From positions 118,481-150,480 of the forward strand of contig CP144769.1 in assembly GCA_036689235.1 (NCBI GenBank): a stretch of 32,000 nucleotides of DNA, given 5' to 3'. The notes under the pieces were generated by a model. That model was given only the letters and a program-made list of their open reading frames with translations, was not told the DNA's origin and searched no databases. Below, piece by piece: positions 29,898-32,000 of this stretch. How positions within the stretch are numbered: the first letter of the stretch is position 1; every line of letters starts with the position of its first letter. Origin of the DNA: Candidatus Saccharimonadota bacterium. Its GTDB lineage: Bacteria > Pseudomonadota > Gammaproteobacteria > Enterobacterales > Enterobacteriaceae. Made by a program: the position numbers and the translations under genes.

Positions 29898-30843
29898 AAT
29901 TAAATTAATTAAAATAATTATTATAAATAATAAAAAAATATATATAAATAAAAATATAAATAATTTAATAAATATAAAAATAGTAAATAAAAAAAAAAAT
30001 AAAATATATATAATAATATATAAATTATATGATAAAAATATATTTATAAATATATTATATATGTATAAAAAAAAATACAAAAATAAAAATATATATAATA
30101 TTAATTTAATAATAAAAAAAAATAATAATATAAATTTTATTGAAGAATATTATATAAATAAAAATAATAAAAAAAAATATATAAATTATAAATTTAATAT
30201 TATATTAAATAAAAATTCAAAATTAAATTATTTTAGAATAATTAATTTAAATAAAAAAACAAATTTTTATTCTAAACAAAATATTAAAGTTAAAAAAAAT
30301 TCTAAATTTTATAAAAATATATTTTTAATTAATTCAAAAAAAATTTTTATTAAAGATAAAATAAATCTATATAAAAATTCTATAATAAATATTAATAATA
30401 TATGTATAATTAAAAAAAAAAAATTTTTTTATTATAAAATACATATTATTCATAATAAATATAATTCAAATAGTTATCAAAAACATAAAAATATAATATT
30501 ATCTCCAGGAATAATAAAATTTATAGGAATAATAACAATAAATAAAAAATCTTATAATTCAACTGCAATTTTAAAAAACTATAATCTATGTTTTAAAAAA
30601 CCAAATTTTATTTTTATAAAACCACAATTAAATATTAAAAATAAAAAAGCTATATGTAAACATAAAGTAAAAATTAATAATATTAATAAAAAAATATATT
30701 TTTATTTATCTAGTAAAGGTTTAAATAAATATAAAATTAAAAAAATTATATTTAAAATATTTATAAATGATATAATTAAAAAAATAAAAAATAAAATAAT
30801 AAATAAAAAAATATATAAAATAATATTAAAAAAATATAAATAA
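29866..30843 (+). CDS. sufD: Fe-S cluster assembly protein SufD (highly degenerate; start uncertain)
   Basis: 325-aa ORF in the sufB-C-D-S position. The C-terminal part KPQLNIKNKKAICKHKVKINNINKKIYFYLSSKGLN resembles the SufD core P.LEI..DDV.C.HGATVG......LFYL.SRG. ATG 29866 overlaps sufC by 32 nt. The next in-frame ATG is 30061. Confidence 0.7.
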   Translation: MKILLKKKKNKIKLIKIIIINNKKIYINKNINNLINIKIVNKKKNKIYIIIYKLYDKNIFINILYMYKKKYKNKNIYNINLIIKKNNNINFIEEYYINKNNKKKYINYKFNIILNKNSKLNYFRIINLNKKTNFYSKQNIKVKKNSKFYKNIFLINSKKIFIKDKINLYKNSIININNICIIKKKKFFYYKIHIIHNKYNSNSYQKHKNIILSPGIIKFIGIITINKKSYNSTAILKNYNLCFKKPNFIFIKPQLNIKNKKAICKHKVKINNINKKIYFYLSSKGLNKYKIKKIIFKIFINDIIKKIKNKIINKKIYKIILKKYK

Positions 30844-30844
30844 A

Positions 30845-32000
30845 ATGAATTATAATATAAGAAAAATAAGATTAGATTTTCCAATATTAAAAAAAAGAAT
30901 AAATAATAAAAGAATAACATATTTAGATAATGCTTCTACAACTCAAAAACCTAAAATTGTAATAAATAATCAAAATAAATTTTATAAAAATTATTATTCT
31001 TCTGTAAACAGAAGTATATATACATTAAGTAATATAAATTCAAATAGAATAGAAGATATAAGAATAAAAATAGCTAAATTTATAAATGCAAAATCTCCAG
31101 AAGAAATAATATTTACTAATAATAGTACAGAATCACTTAATTTTTTATCATATAGTTTAACAAAAAATAAAATCAATAAAAAAAATAATATAATTATTTC
31201 AATAATAGAACATCATGCAAATATAATACCTTGATATTTATTATCTAAAGAAATTAATTTTGAATTAAAAATATTAAAAATTGATAAAAAAGGTTATTTA
31301 AATATAAATAATTTAAAAAAAATAATTAATAAAAATACTAAAATAATATCTATAACACATATTTCTAATGTAATAGGAATTAAAAATCCAATAGAAAAAA
31401 TAATTAAAATATGTAAAAAAAATAAAATTATAAGTATAATAGATGGTTCTCAAGCTATTTCGCATATTAAAGTAGATGTACAAAAAATTAATTGTAATTT
31501 TTATATATTTTCAGGACATAAAATATATTCACCAACTGGTGTTGGAATAATATATGGTAAAAAAAAATATATTAATAATCTTAAAATATGAAAATCAGGA
31601 GGAGGAATTATATCTAATATAAATATAAAAAAAAATATTATAAATGATATACAATTTATAAATTCTCCTTGAAAATTTGAAGCTGGAACACAAAATATAG
31701 AATCTATAATAGGATTAGGAAATTCAATTGATTATATAAATAAAATAGGTATTAAAAATATAATAAATTATGAAAAAAAAATAATTAAATACACACTTAA
31801 TAAAATTAAAAATATTCCTGAAATAATAATATATGGATCTAAAAAAAAAATAAATATAATATCATTTAATATAAAAAATCAACATTGTTATGATATAGGA
31901 ATGTTATTAGATCAAAAAGGAATATTTATAAGAACAGGTAATCAATGTGCTATTCCAATAATAAAATTATATAATATACCAGGAATATGTAGACTATCTA
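30845..32000 (+). CDS. sufS: cysteine desulfurase SufS (class V aminotransferase), 3'-truncated by the window end
   Basis: One frame verified through three TGA=Trp (31232, 31589, 31670). Motifs YLDNASTTQKP, EHHANIIP-W, ITHISNVIG and PLP-lysine FSGHKIYSPTGVG. Continues past 32000. Confidence 0.9.

Noticed and set aside
29736-31176. Track ORFs 29736-30080(-), 30702-30920(-) and 30994-31176(-)
   Set aside because: They are antisense to sufC, sufD and sufS, the same artefact.

Overview
Extremely A+T-rich (by eye about 85-90% A+T), very gene-dense bacterial DNA that can only be read with UGA as Trp (translation table 4). In-frame TGA sits at conserved Trp positions in argS, tyrS, aspS, eno, gyrB and sufS. 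Most ORFs that look split in the supplied standard-code track therefore fuse into full-length housekeeping genes. I re-translated those junctions codon by codon. Gene content fits a tiny-genome obligate endosymbiont of the insect-associated kind (lineage is inference only). CDS: cspA, ruvC, aspS, argS, prmC, prfA, pth, lysS, ychF, gyrA, pyk, tyrS, eno, a CvpA-like ORF, truA, rplS, trmD, rpsP, gyrB, dnaN, rpmH, rnpA, mnmE, rluD, ruvX and sufB-sufC-sufD-sufS. tRNAs: Val-GAC, fMet-CAU, Ser-GGA and Asn-GUU. I saw no rRNA, CRISPR, transposon or prophage. Main result: after table-4 translation three genes are still frame-broken. gyrB breaks inside an A18 tract. trmD needs a +1 shift at an AGGA-UUU-CCU-UAA site built like the prfB recoding site. 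truA needs a +1 shift and then a -1 shift about 65 nt later. TrmD and TruA both make anticodon-loop modifications that normally suppress +1 frameshifting, so a self-sensing recoding circuit is a possible but unproven reading. Assembly indels or pseudogenisation are the alternatives. Other observations: dnaA is missing from the rpmH/dnaN junction, rimM and yidC/yidD are missing from their usual operons, rnpA has no canonical non-overlapping start, and convergent genes have zero-length spacers.
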